A DNA stretch of 62,284 nucleotides, filler included, from Chiloscyllium plagiosum (taxonomy: Eukaryota): assembly GCF_004010195.1 (NCBI RefSeq). It is 3 parts of one record of this genome, joined end to end, with 100 filler letters (N's around TTAATTAATTAA, not from the genome) between each part and the next. Parts side by side here need not be neighbours in the genome. Positions count along the whole stretch, not along the records: positions 1 to 24,788 come from NC_057715.1; 2 more parts are not named here. One strand, written 5' to 3'. The position numbers and the translations under genes were made by a program. The notes under the pieces were generated by a model. The model had not been told where the DNA came from. It was given only the letters and a program-made list of their open reading frames with translations, and searched no databases. Numbering within the stretch: position 1 is the stretch's first letter; every line of letters begins with the position of its first letter. Below, one piece after another: positions 12,920-24,888 of this stretch.

Positions 12920-13795
12920 CCCTTAAGCGCCTTTCAGCATCAAGCTTTACTGACTGTGGTTGACTGTGAGTATATGTTATCAGCCAATTGCCTACTCAGC
13001 CACACGAATGGATGGTTCTCACTGTGGAGTGAAGTATCTGAGTTATAACTGTCAAGTAGTCCCAAAGCTAAAAATGAAATCAAAACATGTTGTGATGGAT
13101 AATAACATCTCAGGTCTAGTTCATTCTATTGAAAAGGCAGAAGGAAAGCACAGATTACCTGTCAGGGACAAAAGAGTAAAAAGAACGAAGAATTGATGAA
13201 AGGAATAACGCAAATAGCGTTATAAAAAAAATTCTTAGGTTGGAACTTTAGTCCCTGCTAGCCACTGGAATGGAAGTAAGTAGGCACAGAAGTTTGCAGT
13301 ACCAGCCTCCATGTCAGTTCCTCAGCCCCATCATACCCTGGGTATTTATCCAAAAGATTAGATGGTTGGAGCAGCAGGAATACCCACAGCAAATGCCAGG
13401 TCGCCAATTGATCCTTTAAATGATTTTAAGGTTTCAAATTCGGTGGTTATTTCAGAGAAGGCTGACGGTGATTCAAGTGATTGGATAACTGCATAAAACA
13501 CCTACATGCAATACATAGCCTGCTCCCATTTCTTCTCCTGAAAAAATCGGTAATGCATTTTTGGGCAACACATACATTTTTTGGCTACTATTGCTATTTT
13601 TGGCCTGACAGTGCAGCTGTTATCCTGGTGAAACTCTGTGCTTAGGATTTTCCAGTTGAGCTTCCCAGGTGCCTGGGCACAGCGGAAAATAGCTCAGCTT
13701 CCCCAGTGCATCCAATCAGCAGCAGGCCAAGGGATAGGGGGCTAGTTCCAGGGTGCCAGTTGGCAGAGGTTCAACACACTGGGCATTGACTATAC

Positions 13796-14032
13796 AGCTG
13801 GAAATGTGTTGCTGGAAAAGCGCAGCAGGTCAGGCAGCATCCAGGGAACAGGAGAATCGACGTTTCGGGCATAAGCCCTTCTTCAGGAATCAGCTGCCTG
13901 TGATTCCTGAAGAAGGGCTTATGCCCGAAACGTCGATTCTCCTGTTCCCTGGATGCTGCCTGACCTGCTGCGCTTTTCCAGCAACACATTTCCAGCTCTG
14001 ATCTCCAGCATCTGCAGACCTCACTTTCTCCT
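13796..14032 (+). mobile_element. Family-A PLE short element with inverted partial copy (97-bp perfect inverted repeat)
   Basis: Arms 13796-13892 and 13901-13997, 8-nt loop; flanking direct repeat cattgactatacagc 13784-98 / 14033-47. Confidence 0.92.
13903..13938 (+). ncRNA. Minimal type-I hammerhead ribozyme motif (mirror copy on - strand in the left arm)
   Basis: CTGAAGA-A-GGGC-TTAT-GCCC-GAAA-CG-TC; intact core, weak stem I. Confidence 0.7.
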
Positions 14033-14167
14033 CATTGACTATACAGCACCCAGCTCACCATCCAACGTGAATGTGCACTCATAATAATCACTATGAGCTA
14101 AAGCCTGCCAATATAATTAATCAGAGTGAGCACAAAGCAATGCTGTTGCAACTGCATGAGCCATTTT

Positions 14168-14524
14168 CATAGAATCTCTACAATGTGGAAGCAGGCCATT
14201 CAGTCCATTGGGTCCACACCAGCTCTCTGAAGATCATCCCACCCAGACACTCCATCCTGTAGCTAATCATCCACATGCTATTTCCTGTAACTAATCCATT
14301 TATCCTGCACATCCCTGGGCACTATGGGGCAATTTAGCAAGGTCAGTCCACCTAACGTGCACATCTTTGGACTGTCAGAGGAAACCAGAGCACCTGAAGG
14401 AAACCTATGCAGACACGGGGAGAATGTGCAAACTCCACACAGACAGTCACCCAAGGGTGGAATCAAACCCAGGTCCCTGACACTGTGAGGCTGCAGCGCT
14501 AACAACTAAGCCACCCTGCTGCCC
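14168..14524 (-). mobile_element. HE1-type V-SINE
   Basis: Reverse complement of the 8966 head and V domain. Confidence 0.88.
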
Positions 14525-15706
14525 ATTTTTTTTGGCAGCTGCTCTGCTACTAATGAAACCCTCGGCCAAAATTTTCTTGATGATGTTTAAGTAATGACTA
14601 CAAATAATAACTATACTAACATATGACATATAACTAATATATACTATAACTATGTCAACAATTGAAGCTAAAGTACTGACCATTGCATGGGATGACTAAT
14701 GGTTATACTTTTGTCTATCCCAAGTGGCAGTCAGAAATTTTCTGTTCCATGACAACACATTGTACATGACCTTCAGTTCTTCTGATTATATTGGTGTGGG
14801 TCTAGGCTCTGGTTTCACATTGCCTGTTTCGCTCATTTCTCCAACTGGCAATCAACTTGAAGAAAATGCATTCTGTACAATCATTGCAGCAAAGGATGGA
14901 GAATAGTGAAGGGCTGGTTTTCTTTGTACTTGTAATTTTTATTTTCATGAACTTTGCGGAAGGTTTTCAGGCACCTCTGCTCACCGGTCTAACAGTGATT
15001 CATCTCAGGGGAGGATATAACACTTTACACAATGTCAGTTTCTTCACACAACCCATCCATGTCAAACTCTTTAAAATTCCACACTTGAATACCACTGCAA
15101 AACTTTTCAAAGGGCACAGTATTTGCAAGGCTAATTTGGACATTCAGCTGTGAAAACTGTTTTCAGGCAATTCATATCTGTCACTCAAGTACTTCATGAG
15201 TTTTGTGACAAGTCGAAAAGTCTCACTCACATCTTCCTGACATATCTGGTATTAAGTTTTAGACTGATGGTTATTATGAGTCAAAGTAGCGTATTCTGTA
15301 TCAAATCCCTAATCATGATGCTTACAAAACAGCCACAGTGTACAGAGTATCCTTAAATAATTATATGTCACAAGGTGTTTCCCAGGATCGTTATTGACTA
15401 TGACACAAAAGAAGATATTAAGGTTGATGGGAAAAGCTTAATTGAAGAGGTAGATTTTAAGGACTGTCTCAATGACAAGGTGAGCAAGGTAGAGAGGCAG
15501 GAAAATGATTAGAAACTTCAGAACTTGTAGTGTATGCTAAGAATGCTGAGTGACTTTGCCTCCAAAGCTTAAGTATAGTCCAAGAGTGTTGTTGCAAAAA
15601 ATAAAGCTCAGGCGCTGGATTGGCAACTCCATTCCCCCCCCCCACCACCACCCCACTTTTCCCCCAAAATGCTTCTCTGGTGTATTGGTGCACTGTTCTC
15701 ACTTAC

Positions 15707-16473
15707 AGGAGAAAGTGAGGACTGCAGATGCTGGAGATCAGAGTCATGAGTGTGGTGCTGGAAAAGCAGAGCAGATCAGGCAGCGTCCAACGAGCAGGAG
15801 AATTGATGCTTCGGGCGTAAGCCCTTCATCAGGAATGAGGCTTTTGGGCTGGGGGACTGAGAGATAAATGGGAGGGGGTGGGGCTGAGGGAAGGGAGCTG
15901 GGAATGCAATAGGTAGGTGGAGGTGGGGGTTAAGGTGAAAGGACGGAGCTAAGGACCGGATAGATGGGAAATCCATATTAATCCCATGTGGTTTCAGGGT
16001 CCCAAGGTGGAAGATGATGCATTCTTCCTCCAGGCTTTGGGTGGTTAGAGTTTGGAAATAGAGGAGGCCCAGGACCCGTATGTCCTTGTTGGAGTGGAGG
16101 GAGAGTTGAAGTGTTCAGCCATGGAGCAGTGGGGTTGGTTGGTATGGGTGTCCCAGAGATGACTTGAAGATCATTTCAGAGAACATCTCTGGGAAACCTG
16201 CACCAATCAACCCCACCGCCCCGTAGCTGAATACTTCAACTCCCCCTCCCACTTCACCAAGGACATGCAGGTCCTGGGCCTCCTCCATCACCAAACCAAC
16301 ACCTGGAGGAAGAATGCCTCATCTTCCACCTTGGGACCCTGCAACCACACATTTATCTCTCAGTCCCCTGGCACATAAGCCTCATTCCTGATGAAGGGTT
16401 TATGCCCAAATCATCGATTCTCCTGCTCCTCAAATGCTGCCTGCCCTGCCATACTTTTCCAGCACCACACTCT
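15707..16473. mobile_element. Neptune-like PLE 3' fragments in inverted orientation
   Basis: Minus arm 15707-~16160 and plus arm ~16170-16473 encoding FREHL...PVAEYFNSPSH; both outer ends are family-A repeats. Confidence 0.85.
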
Positions 16474-16959
16474 CATGGGTTTTCAGCTTTTCATTAATCT
16501 GACAATAGCTGACATAGAGAAAGTCACCTGATCACATTGTGTCTTAATACAATGTATTCCTTCCTTTCAATTAAGTCAGAGAATTCCTTCAACTGCTGTG
16601 GCTTGAATTTTCTACATCTATAAAATTATCTTGTTGCATTTGCAAAATATGAGACAAACAGTTGCCTGTGGCCTGTGATATGTTGATCAATTTCAATTTT
16701 TGGCAAACTCTTGTATTTTCCATAATTAACACTTTTGTTGTTGTCTGAATGTTTAGAATGTTTCTCTGTATAGAGTTCAAAGGCACAGAGTTTGGGTAAT
16801 ATTTTTATTCTAATTACTTCTGAGGTTGCCTAGCTATGACTGTGGAAATCCAACAGCAAATGCTGGAAGACTTCCTCACATATTAGTAGCCAAAGAAAAT
16901 TAATAATTTGTTTAAATGTAATTTAAGCATTTCTGTGCAAAATATAAACATATGTCTGT

Positions 16960-17580
16960 AAAATGTAGGAGCAGAAAAGGGCCAATCAGCCAAATGAGTC
17001 TTTTCTACCATTCAATAGGATTATGGCTGATCTGAAAATCCTTCAATCTACTTTCTTGCCATTTCCTCGTACTGTTAATTCCTTTATTGATTACAGTTCT
17101 ATGTAACTCAACCTCAACAGTTCTCTGAGGGACATAATTCCGCAGATTCACTACCCTCTGAAAGAGGAAATATCTCCTCATCCCTGTCCTAACTGGGTGA
17201 CCTCTTACTCTGAGATTATAGCCTTCTGGTCCTATGTTCTCTCACAAGGTGAAATACTGTCTCTGCATCTGCTCTCCCCCTATCAATCTTACATCCTTCA
17301 ATAACGTTTCCTTTAACTCTTCTAATTGCAATGACAACACGCTCAACTTACTCAAGCTCTCATAAGACAATCCCTCCATACCTGCAGTCAGTGTTTTGAA
17401 CCTTCTCTGGACTGCTTCCAATGCTAGTCTATGTATCCTGAGATAAAACCGTGCACAGTATGCCAGCTGTGGTGCGACTCGTGCCTGGTATAGTTTTAGC
17501 AAGTCCTCCCTATTTTTACACTCCATTCCCTTTGAAATAAAGGCCAACATTCCATTTTCCTTCTCCAATACCTCCTGAAG
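16960..17580 (-). mobile_element. Decayed CR1 3' end
   Basis: ORF 17242..17568 ANGMLAFI-like, LEAVQRRF...GMEGLSYE. Confidence 0.8.
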
Positions 17581-17634
17581 TTGTATGCTAACTTTTGGCC
17601 TTCTGGATGTAAATGGAACTGGATTTGTAAGGTG

Positions 17635-17764
17635 GGAGAAAGTGAGGACTACAGATGCTGGAGATCAGAGTCAAAAAGTCTGGCGCTGGAAAAGCACAGC
17701 AGGTCAGGCAGCATCCGAGGAGCAGGAGAAATGACATTTCAGGCAAAAGCCTTTAATCAGGAAT
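17635..17764 (-). mobile_element. Family-A PLE short element
   Basis: gagaaagtgaggactacagatgctggagatcagag...cctttaatcaggaat. Confidence 0.85.
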
Positions 17765-19469
17765 GGAAGGTGCTGTACAAGATGCCTTAGTGAATTTCTG
17801 CAGAGCTTCTTGTAGATGGAGCACAATGTTGCTGTTAAACATTGATGACAGAGAGAGTGAATGTTTGTGGATCTGGACAATATCCAGACCTGGCTTGTTA
17901 AGGTGCAAATAACATTCATGCCACACAAATGCTAAGCAATGCCCATCCCCAACAAAAGGGACTATAACCATTGCTCATTGATGTTCAGTGGTGTTGTCAT
18001 CAATGAATTCCCCCATTGTCATTATCCTGACCATTTACCAGGAATTGAACTGGACCAGTGCTATAAATACAGTCTATAAGAGCAGGTCAGGGCTAGGAAT
18101 TTCCAATGCCTGTCTATCATCTACAAGATGAAAGTCAGAAAATGTGAAGGGATACCCTTTAATTGCCAAGGTGACTTAACCTCCAACAGCACACAAGAAG
18201 CTTGAATCCATCCAAAACAAAGCATCCCTTTGAATTGGCAACACCCCACCCACCAACACATTAAACATTCACTCTCTCCATCACTGATGCACTTTGACAG
18301 CAATGTATATTATCTATGAGAAACGCTGCTGTAACCCACCTTCCAAGCCTCTGACATCTACTGTCCAGAAGAACAAGGGACCAGGGTTTGGAGGCTAATG
18401 CTCTGTGATCATGGACAACAGCAGCTGGCCAAATTTAGCATAATTAACCAATCCACAAACGTGGAATTGAAAACTAGTCTCACTAATGGTGACCATGGTG
18501 CTACTGTTGATTATTGTAAATTTCATCAATGTCCATCAGCAAAGGAAATATGCTGCCCTTATGACCTACATGACCCATATGTTCTACAGACCCAAAACAA
18601 TGGCTCTGAACTGCGCTCTGAAATGGTCAGTCAGTCCAGGAACAATTAGAGATTGTCAACAAATGTTGCCCTTATCAATGAGGCTTAGATCCCAAGACAA
18701 TAATAATGGAAGGAAGAAAAGAAGTGACTGCTCCCTAGCTATTCATTGAACAAATCACAAATGCTTGACTATTTCCACACAATAGGGTTCTCCAACTTGT
18801 ACTAAACCCTGATGGCTGCCGGTAGAAAATTTCTGCCTCCTGCTGTAGCTATTTTAATCAACCCGTTCTGACATGTTATCAAATATGTTCTAAAAAATTC
18901 TTCTGCAAGATTTGAGCACAGACCTTCTGGACTCAAGGTAGACCCTCCGCAAGACTGTCTGTATTATTATAAAGAACTGCAAGTGAAGGGTTCCACTTCA
19001 TTGAACTCACAAGGTTTGGTAAGAGTCAGTTTAATCATTAAAGTCCTAGAATGTATACTATTAAATTAACAAGTTGGTATCTGCAGACAGCTTGCAGCGA
19101 TTCTTTTTGAAGTGACTCCAAAGTCTAACAAGAGTAAATAAGTGATGCCTAGTGAAAAATCTAATCAAGCATTTGTTACTGATTTCAGTGACAGGAATGT
19201 TCATGGATGCATGGGCAGATGGGAAGTGTTGAATTGCAAATCACACTATTTCTCATGAAATGTTCAGAACATCAGACATGATTAACTGTGAATTTAAGAT
19301 TAACAAGGTGCAGAGTTTGGATTTTCTATATTTGAATGTTAATATTCAATAGGGTGATCCCATGGTTGGTTAGATAAAAGGTTTATTTTCTCTTACTTAT
19401 TAACATACATAATAGGCCCATAAAATTCCACAGGGATTAATGTATGCCTGCCAGGCCTCAGTGTAGGAT

Positions 19470-19665
19470 GAAAACAAAATTTACTGGAAAAACTCAGCAG
19501 GTTGTGGCAGTATCTGTAGTGAGAAAGCAGAGATAATGTCTTGGGTCCTATGACCCGTCTTCAGAGCTCTTCTCTCCACCGATGCTGCCAGACCTGCTGA
19601 GTTTTTCCAGCAATTTTTGTTCCTGTTTCTGATTTCCATGGTCCACAGTTCTTTAGATTTTTGTT
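19470..19665. mobile_element. Family-D short element with inverted partial copy
   Basis: ctggaaaaactcagcagg versus cctgctgagtttttccag; minus-strand CTGAAGA-CGGGTC-ATAG-GACCC. Confidence 0.7.
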
Positions 19666-20119
19666 CACTGCAGGAGGATTGCTGTATGATCAGAAACCAG
19701 ATTTCTTTTCTCAGTTGTACCTCTAAAATGAACAACAAGATAGAGAATAATAATATAATGAAAATGGAATTTTGCAACTGATGTTTGAGTGCTTCTTTCA
19801 TTTCAATTGTTCAAGATCAGTGAATGTTCCGTTTGCCTAATCTTAGTAAAAGTAATATTAACTCCAGGGGTTATGTTGTTCATGTAGTTTATGTGTGGCC
19901 ACATAGAATGAAGAAAAGATGTTCTTTTGTTTATCATTGACTGTGCAAACAGAATCCCCTGAGGTAAAATGAGATCAATGGCAGGAACATGTTTTGCTGA
20001 CCTTAAAGTAATTCAATGTTTGGATTTTTTCATGGTAAATATTTTCAACATGATATTAACCTGAGTAAAGATATTTAAGTTGAAGTTAGAGACATTTGGT
20101 TGAAGTCATACCTGTCACA

Positions 20120-21005
20120 TAGGAAATTGGTTGTGGTTTTTGGAGGTCAGTCATCTCAGCTCAAGGATATCTCTGTAGGAGATCCTCAGGCTAGTGTCCT
20201 AGACCCCAATCATCTTCAGTTGCCTCAGCAATTACTTTCCCTCCAACATAAGATCAAAAGTGGGGATGTTTGCTGATATTTGTACAATGTTCAACATCAT
20301 TCACAACTCCATACTGCTCCATATTGAAGCAGTCCATGTACAATTGCAGCGCCACCTGGACAATATTCAGGCTTCAAAGTGTCAAGTAACAATCATGCCA
20401 CACAAGTGCCAGGCAATGGCCAGCTACAATAACAGACATCTAACCAATACTCCTTGACAATCAATGGTATTACCATCTCCGAATCGCCCAACAACATCAA
20501 CATCCTGGGGTGACCATTGAACAAAAAGTGAACTGGTCTCACCATATTAATAAAGTGGCTACATGAGCAGGTCAGAGGCTAGGAATATTGCAGTGAGTAA
20601 TCACCTCCTGGCTCCCAAGAGCATGTCTACCATCTACAAGGCACAAATCAGGATTGTGATAGAACACTCCCTGCTCGTGTGAATGGGTGCAGCTCTAACA
20701 ACGAGCTAAGCTCAAAAGCTTAGCACCATCCCAGAGTAACTTGCCTGATTGGCACCAGACCCACAAACATTCACTCTCACCACTGCTGGACACACAGTAG
20801 CAGCAATGTGTCCCACCTAAAGATTCACTGCAGAAATTCACCAAGGCTTCTTAGTCAGCACCCTTCAAACCCAAAACGACTACCATCTAGAAGGGCAAGG
20901 ACCTCACCATCAAAATGTTACCCTCCAAACACACCATCCTGACATGGGAATATGTTATTGTTCCCTCATTGTCACTGGACCAGCTCAGCACCACCTTCTC
21001 AAGGA
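20120..21005 (+). mobile_element. Old CR1/L2-group LINE RT and 3' region (related fragment ~17900-18370)
   Basis: G.PQ.SVL.P...VGMFAD remnant; tail gggcaataaatgctg resumes at ~21470 after a CR1 insertion. Confidence 0.65.
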
Positions 21006-21462
21006 CAAGATCCTGTTGCAATCTGAGGTAACCCTCTTCACTGTCCACTACACCTCCAATTTTGGTATCATCTGCAAACTTACTAACTGTACCTCTTATG
21101 CTCGCATTCAAATCACTTATGTAAATGACAAAAAGTAGAAGACCTAGCACTAATCCTTGTGGCACAGGGCATAGGTTTAGGGTGAGAGGGGAAAGATATA
21201 AAAGAGACCTAAGGGTAATTTTTTCACACAGAGGATGGTAGGTGTAAGGAATGAGTTGCCAGAGGATGTGGTGAGGCTGGTACAATTGCAACATTTAAGA
21301 GGCATTTGGATGGGTATATGAATAGGAAGGGTTTGGAGGGATATGGGCTGGATGCTGGCAGGTGGGACTAGATTGGGTTGGGATATCTGGTCAGCATGGA
21401 CAGGTTGGACCGAAGGGTCTGTTTCCATGCTGTACATCTCTATGACTCTATGACTCTATGAC
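21006..21462. mobile_element. CR1 insertion with inverted 5' piece
   Basis: 21006-21165 minus-strand RT (VPQGLVLG...KFADDTK) fused to plus-strand 3' end with (ctctatga)n tail. Confidence 0.85.
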
Positions 21463-21857
21463 AGATAGTAATGGGCAATAAATGCTGCTCCAGTCAGCAA
21501 GGTCCAACGTGAATATAAGAAATGTACTTCAGGAAACAATGAGCTCTGCTCTACATAGAGCTCAACAAATTTCATTGTAATTCAGACTCTATGAGTGATT
21601 CATTCTCTGAACACAAGCTAACAACCAGAGGGTTGTTAATCTATGGAATTCCTTGCCCAGGGAACTCATTGACACTACTTCAGTAATCACTTTTAAAACT
21701 AAGGTAGATACTTTTTCAAAAAGTAAAGGAATTAAGGGATATGTTGAGAGCACAGGTAAGTGGATCTGAGTCCACGAAAAGGTCAGCCATGATTGTATTG
21801 AATGGCGGAGGAGGCTTGAAGGACCTACTCCTGCTCCTAGTTCTTATGGTCTTATGT

Positions 21858-22320
21858 TAGACAATAGATAATAGGTGCAGGAGTAGGCCATTCTGCCCTT
21901 CAAGCCAGCACCACCATTCATTGTGATCATGGCTGATCATCCTCAATCAGTATCCTGTTCCTGCCTTATCCCATAACCCCTGATTCCACTATCCTTAAAA
22001 GCTCTATCCAACTTTTTCTTGAAAGTATCCAGAGAACTTGGCCTCCACAGCCTTCTGGGCAGAGCATTCCACACACTCACCACTCTCTGGGTGAAGACGT
22101 TTCTCCTCAACTCTGTTCTAAATGGCCTACCTCTTATTTTTAAACTGTGTCCTCTGGTTCAGGATTCACCCATCAACGGAAACTTGCTTCCTGCCTCCAG
22201 AGTGTCCAATCCTTTAATAATCTCATACATCTCAATCAGATCCCCTCTCAGCCTTCTAAACTCAAGGGTATACAAGCCCAGTCACTCCAATCTTTCAACG
22301 TAAAATAGTCCCGCCATTCT
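21858..22320 (-). mobile_element. CR1 3' end, tagacaa-tail subfamily
   Basis: Closely similar to 24604-24788 and to the reverse complement of 54264-54436. Confidence 0.85.
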
Positions 22321-22809
22321 ATGTAAATGGAACTCTACTCGCACAGAACCTCACAGCACCTCTTAGGCTTTAATGTTGCCCTCATAATGGATATCCAATC
22401 GTAATTTCCAAAGGCAAATAAAGCTATGATTGTAGAAAAGTTTGTAATGATAAATCAGCATCAGTGAGGCTGGATTAATGAAGGTGTAGTCACAGAGTAA
22501 GACCCTTACAAACTGTGAGAACCTTTCATTGCATCAAGTAAGAAATGCTTGATCAATGTGGTCAGCAGGCCCTAGATTTTCAGAAACCTAATTCTAGCTT
22601 CTCTATTGCTACATGAAATACATAATGCTAGAATGTTTTACTCAGTCTGGCCTTCATGAAACAAATTAGGACTTTGCATCTATCAACATTGGCCTACCAT
22701 CTTCTGCCTAACAGTAAAGACAAGCGAATTGCCCCTGTGCTTGTCAATTTTCCTGATTTGCCTTGCTGCATATTTCTTATGGGATCTGACCTTCATAGAA
22801 ATATGCAAT

Positions 22810-23570
22810 GGAACATAAGAGCAGGAATAGGCCATTCAGCCTTCGCGCCTGCCGCACCATTCAGTATGATCATGGCTGATTGAACACTTCAATGGGTTTT
22901 CATCACCCTATCCTCATATCCTTGTATGGCACCAGTAATCAAAAATATCTCAATATCTACCTTAAGTATCCTCTCTAAGTTTTCACAGCCCTTTGGGATA
23001 GAGAATTCCAAATGTCCACAGCTCGCTGAGTTTACTTAGTCTCCTTACTTTGGACCCTAGCAGAATCTCCTTTAATTTGAAATTAATTTCCCAAACAGAG
23101 AAAATATTTTACCTGGATACATCCTATGTATTTCCCTTTAAGTATTTTGTAAGTTTCAGTGACATCCCAATGCAGGCACAACATGACTAATTTCTTTTTA
23201 TCTGACAATCCTGCTGAGCTTGCATTGCATTTCCTCTCTAGCATCTTATCACGTCTAAGACAGAGACCAAAAGTGCATACAGTATTCCAGATACAGTCTA
23301 ACCAAGCTCCCATACAATTGTGGCAAGACCTCCCTAGTCCTTTACTCAAGTTCTCTTGCATTAAAGACTAATATTCCTTTAGCCATCGTAATAACTTGTT
23401 GCACCTGCATGTTAGCCCTTGGTGACTTATTGACAAGGACCTAGATCCCTTGAGACAATTACACTTTCCAACATCTTACCATTTACAAAGTACTCTCCTA
23501 CTAAAGTAGATAACCTTACTTTTTGCTACATTATATTCCATTTGCCTTTGTTTTGCCCATTCACCTTGCA
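22810..23570 (-). mobile_element. Decayed CR1 3' region
   Basis: Minus-strand L.YCVHFW and TETYKILKG remnants plus CR1 3' UTR. Confidence 0.7.
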
Positions 23571-24033
23571 GCATCTATTTGGGAATGCCATTACAGTAGT
23601 GTTGTGTTTGAGGGGAGATTAGACATGCACTCTTTTTACAGTAGCAACTTCCAAATGGTAAGTTCAAAGGTCCAGTTTTTCATGAGTGGATGAATGAATG
23701 GGGTGAGAGAGTGAATGGGTAGGTGTGAGGGTAGGGATGTGCATGAAATCAGGAGTGGGATTGTGAGTAGGGTGGGGTTTCATAAATGAGTGGGGGAGAT
23801 GGGTAATGCGTTGGGTAGAAGCAGTAGTTAAGGTAGGTGAGATCAGTAGGACAATATTTAGTAAGCCAGGTTCAGAGGACTAATCAGGTCAGGCCAGCGA
23901 TTATACAGATTGTGTTGGGGAGGATAGTCAGGTCAGATGTGGAGGGTAGTCAGGTTGGGGGAGATTTTGGGGTCAGTTAGGTTAGGGAGCATTCAGTGCA
24001 TCAGAGGTTAGTGGGAGGGTCAGAGTAAGTACT

Positions 24034-24164
24034 AGGAGAAAGTGAGGACTGCAGATGCTGGAGATTAGTGCTTAAAAATGTGTTGCTGGAAAAGCGCAGC
24101 AGGTCAGGCAGTATCCAAGATACAGGAGAATCAACATTTCAGGCATAAGCCCTTCTTCAGGAAT
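24034..24164 (-). mobile_element. Family-A PLE short element
   Basis: Perfect 11-bp TSD gagtaagtact (24023-33 / 24165-75). Confidence 0.9.
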
Positions 24165-24603
24165 GAGTAAGTACTGCTGATCTGTCCAAACTCTCCAAAA
24201 TTAACTCAGAGTCGGGGACATGCGCCGAGTGTCCCAAGGAGTAAGGGGTTGCACATCAAAATTTAAAATTTGCCAGATTTCCTCCATGTAATACTGTCAG
24301 AACTGCTATAGCATTGTGACACCGATTTTCCTCTGATCCAGAGACTGGACGATTTGAGTCAATTATGTTTGAAAGTTCAAAATTGTTCTTTTTTCATTTT
24401 AGCATAGCTGCATCTTCGTTATCTTTGTTGCATTACTTCCCACTATTGAACACAGCGGTGTTTTGTCAAGCAAGTACTTGATCTTCTACTCATATAGGTA
24501 ACATCAATCTCACATGTTTCTAGTACCTGTAACTTTAACTTTTGATCAAAAGACATTTGACATAGTGCTGCACAACAAACATCTGAACAAAGTGAATAGG
24601 TAA

Positions 24604-24788
24604 TAGACAATAGACAATAGGTGCATGAAAGGCCATTCTGCCCTTCGAGCCTGCACCACCATACAATATGATCATGGCTGATCATCCTTAATCAGTATCC
24701 TGTTCCTGCCTTATCTCCATAACCCTTGATTCCACTATCCTTGAGAGCTCTATCCAACTCTTTCTTAAATAAATCCAGAGACTGGGCC
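24604..24788 (-). mobile_element. CR1 3' end cut by gap
   Basis: tagacaatagacaataggtgc tail, same subfamily as 21858. Confidence 0.85.
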
Positions 24789-24888
24789 NNNNNNNNNNNN
24801 NNNNNNNNNNNNNNNNNNNNNNNNNNNNNNNNTTAATTAATTAANNNNNNNNNNNNNNNNNNNNNNNNNNNNNNNNNNNNNNNNNNNN
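24789..24888. other. Artificial gap spacer (44 N + TTAATTAATTAA + 44 N)
   Basis: Directly visible; identical construct at 54164-54263. Confidence 0.98.

Noticed and set aside
14700..15360. Complex-looking unique sequence with short ORFs
   Set aside because: Stops in the frames examined, no recognisable motif or convincing splice pair.
24833..24844. TTAATTAATTAA palindrome
   Set aside because: Synthetic linker within N padding, not biological.
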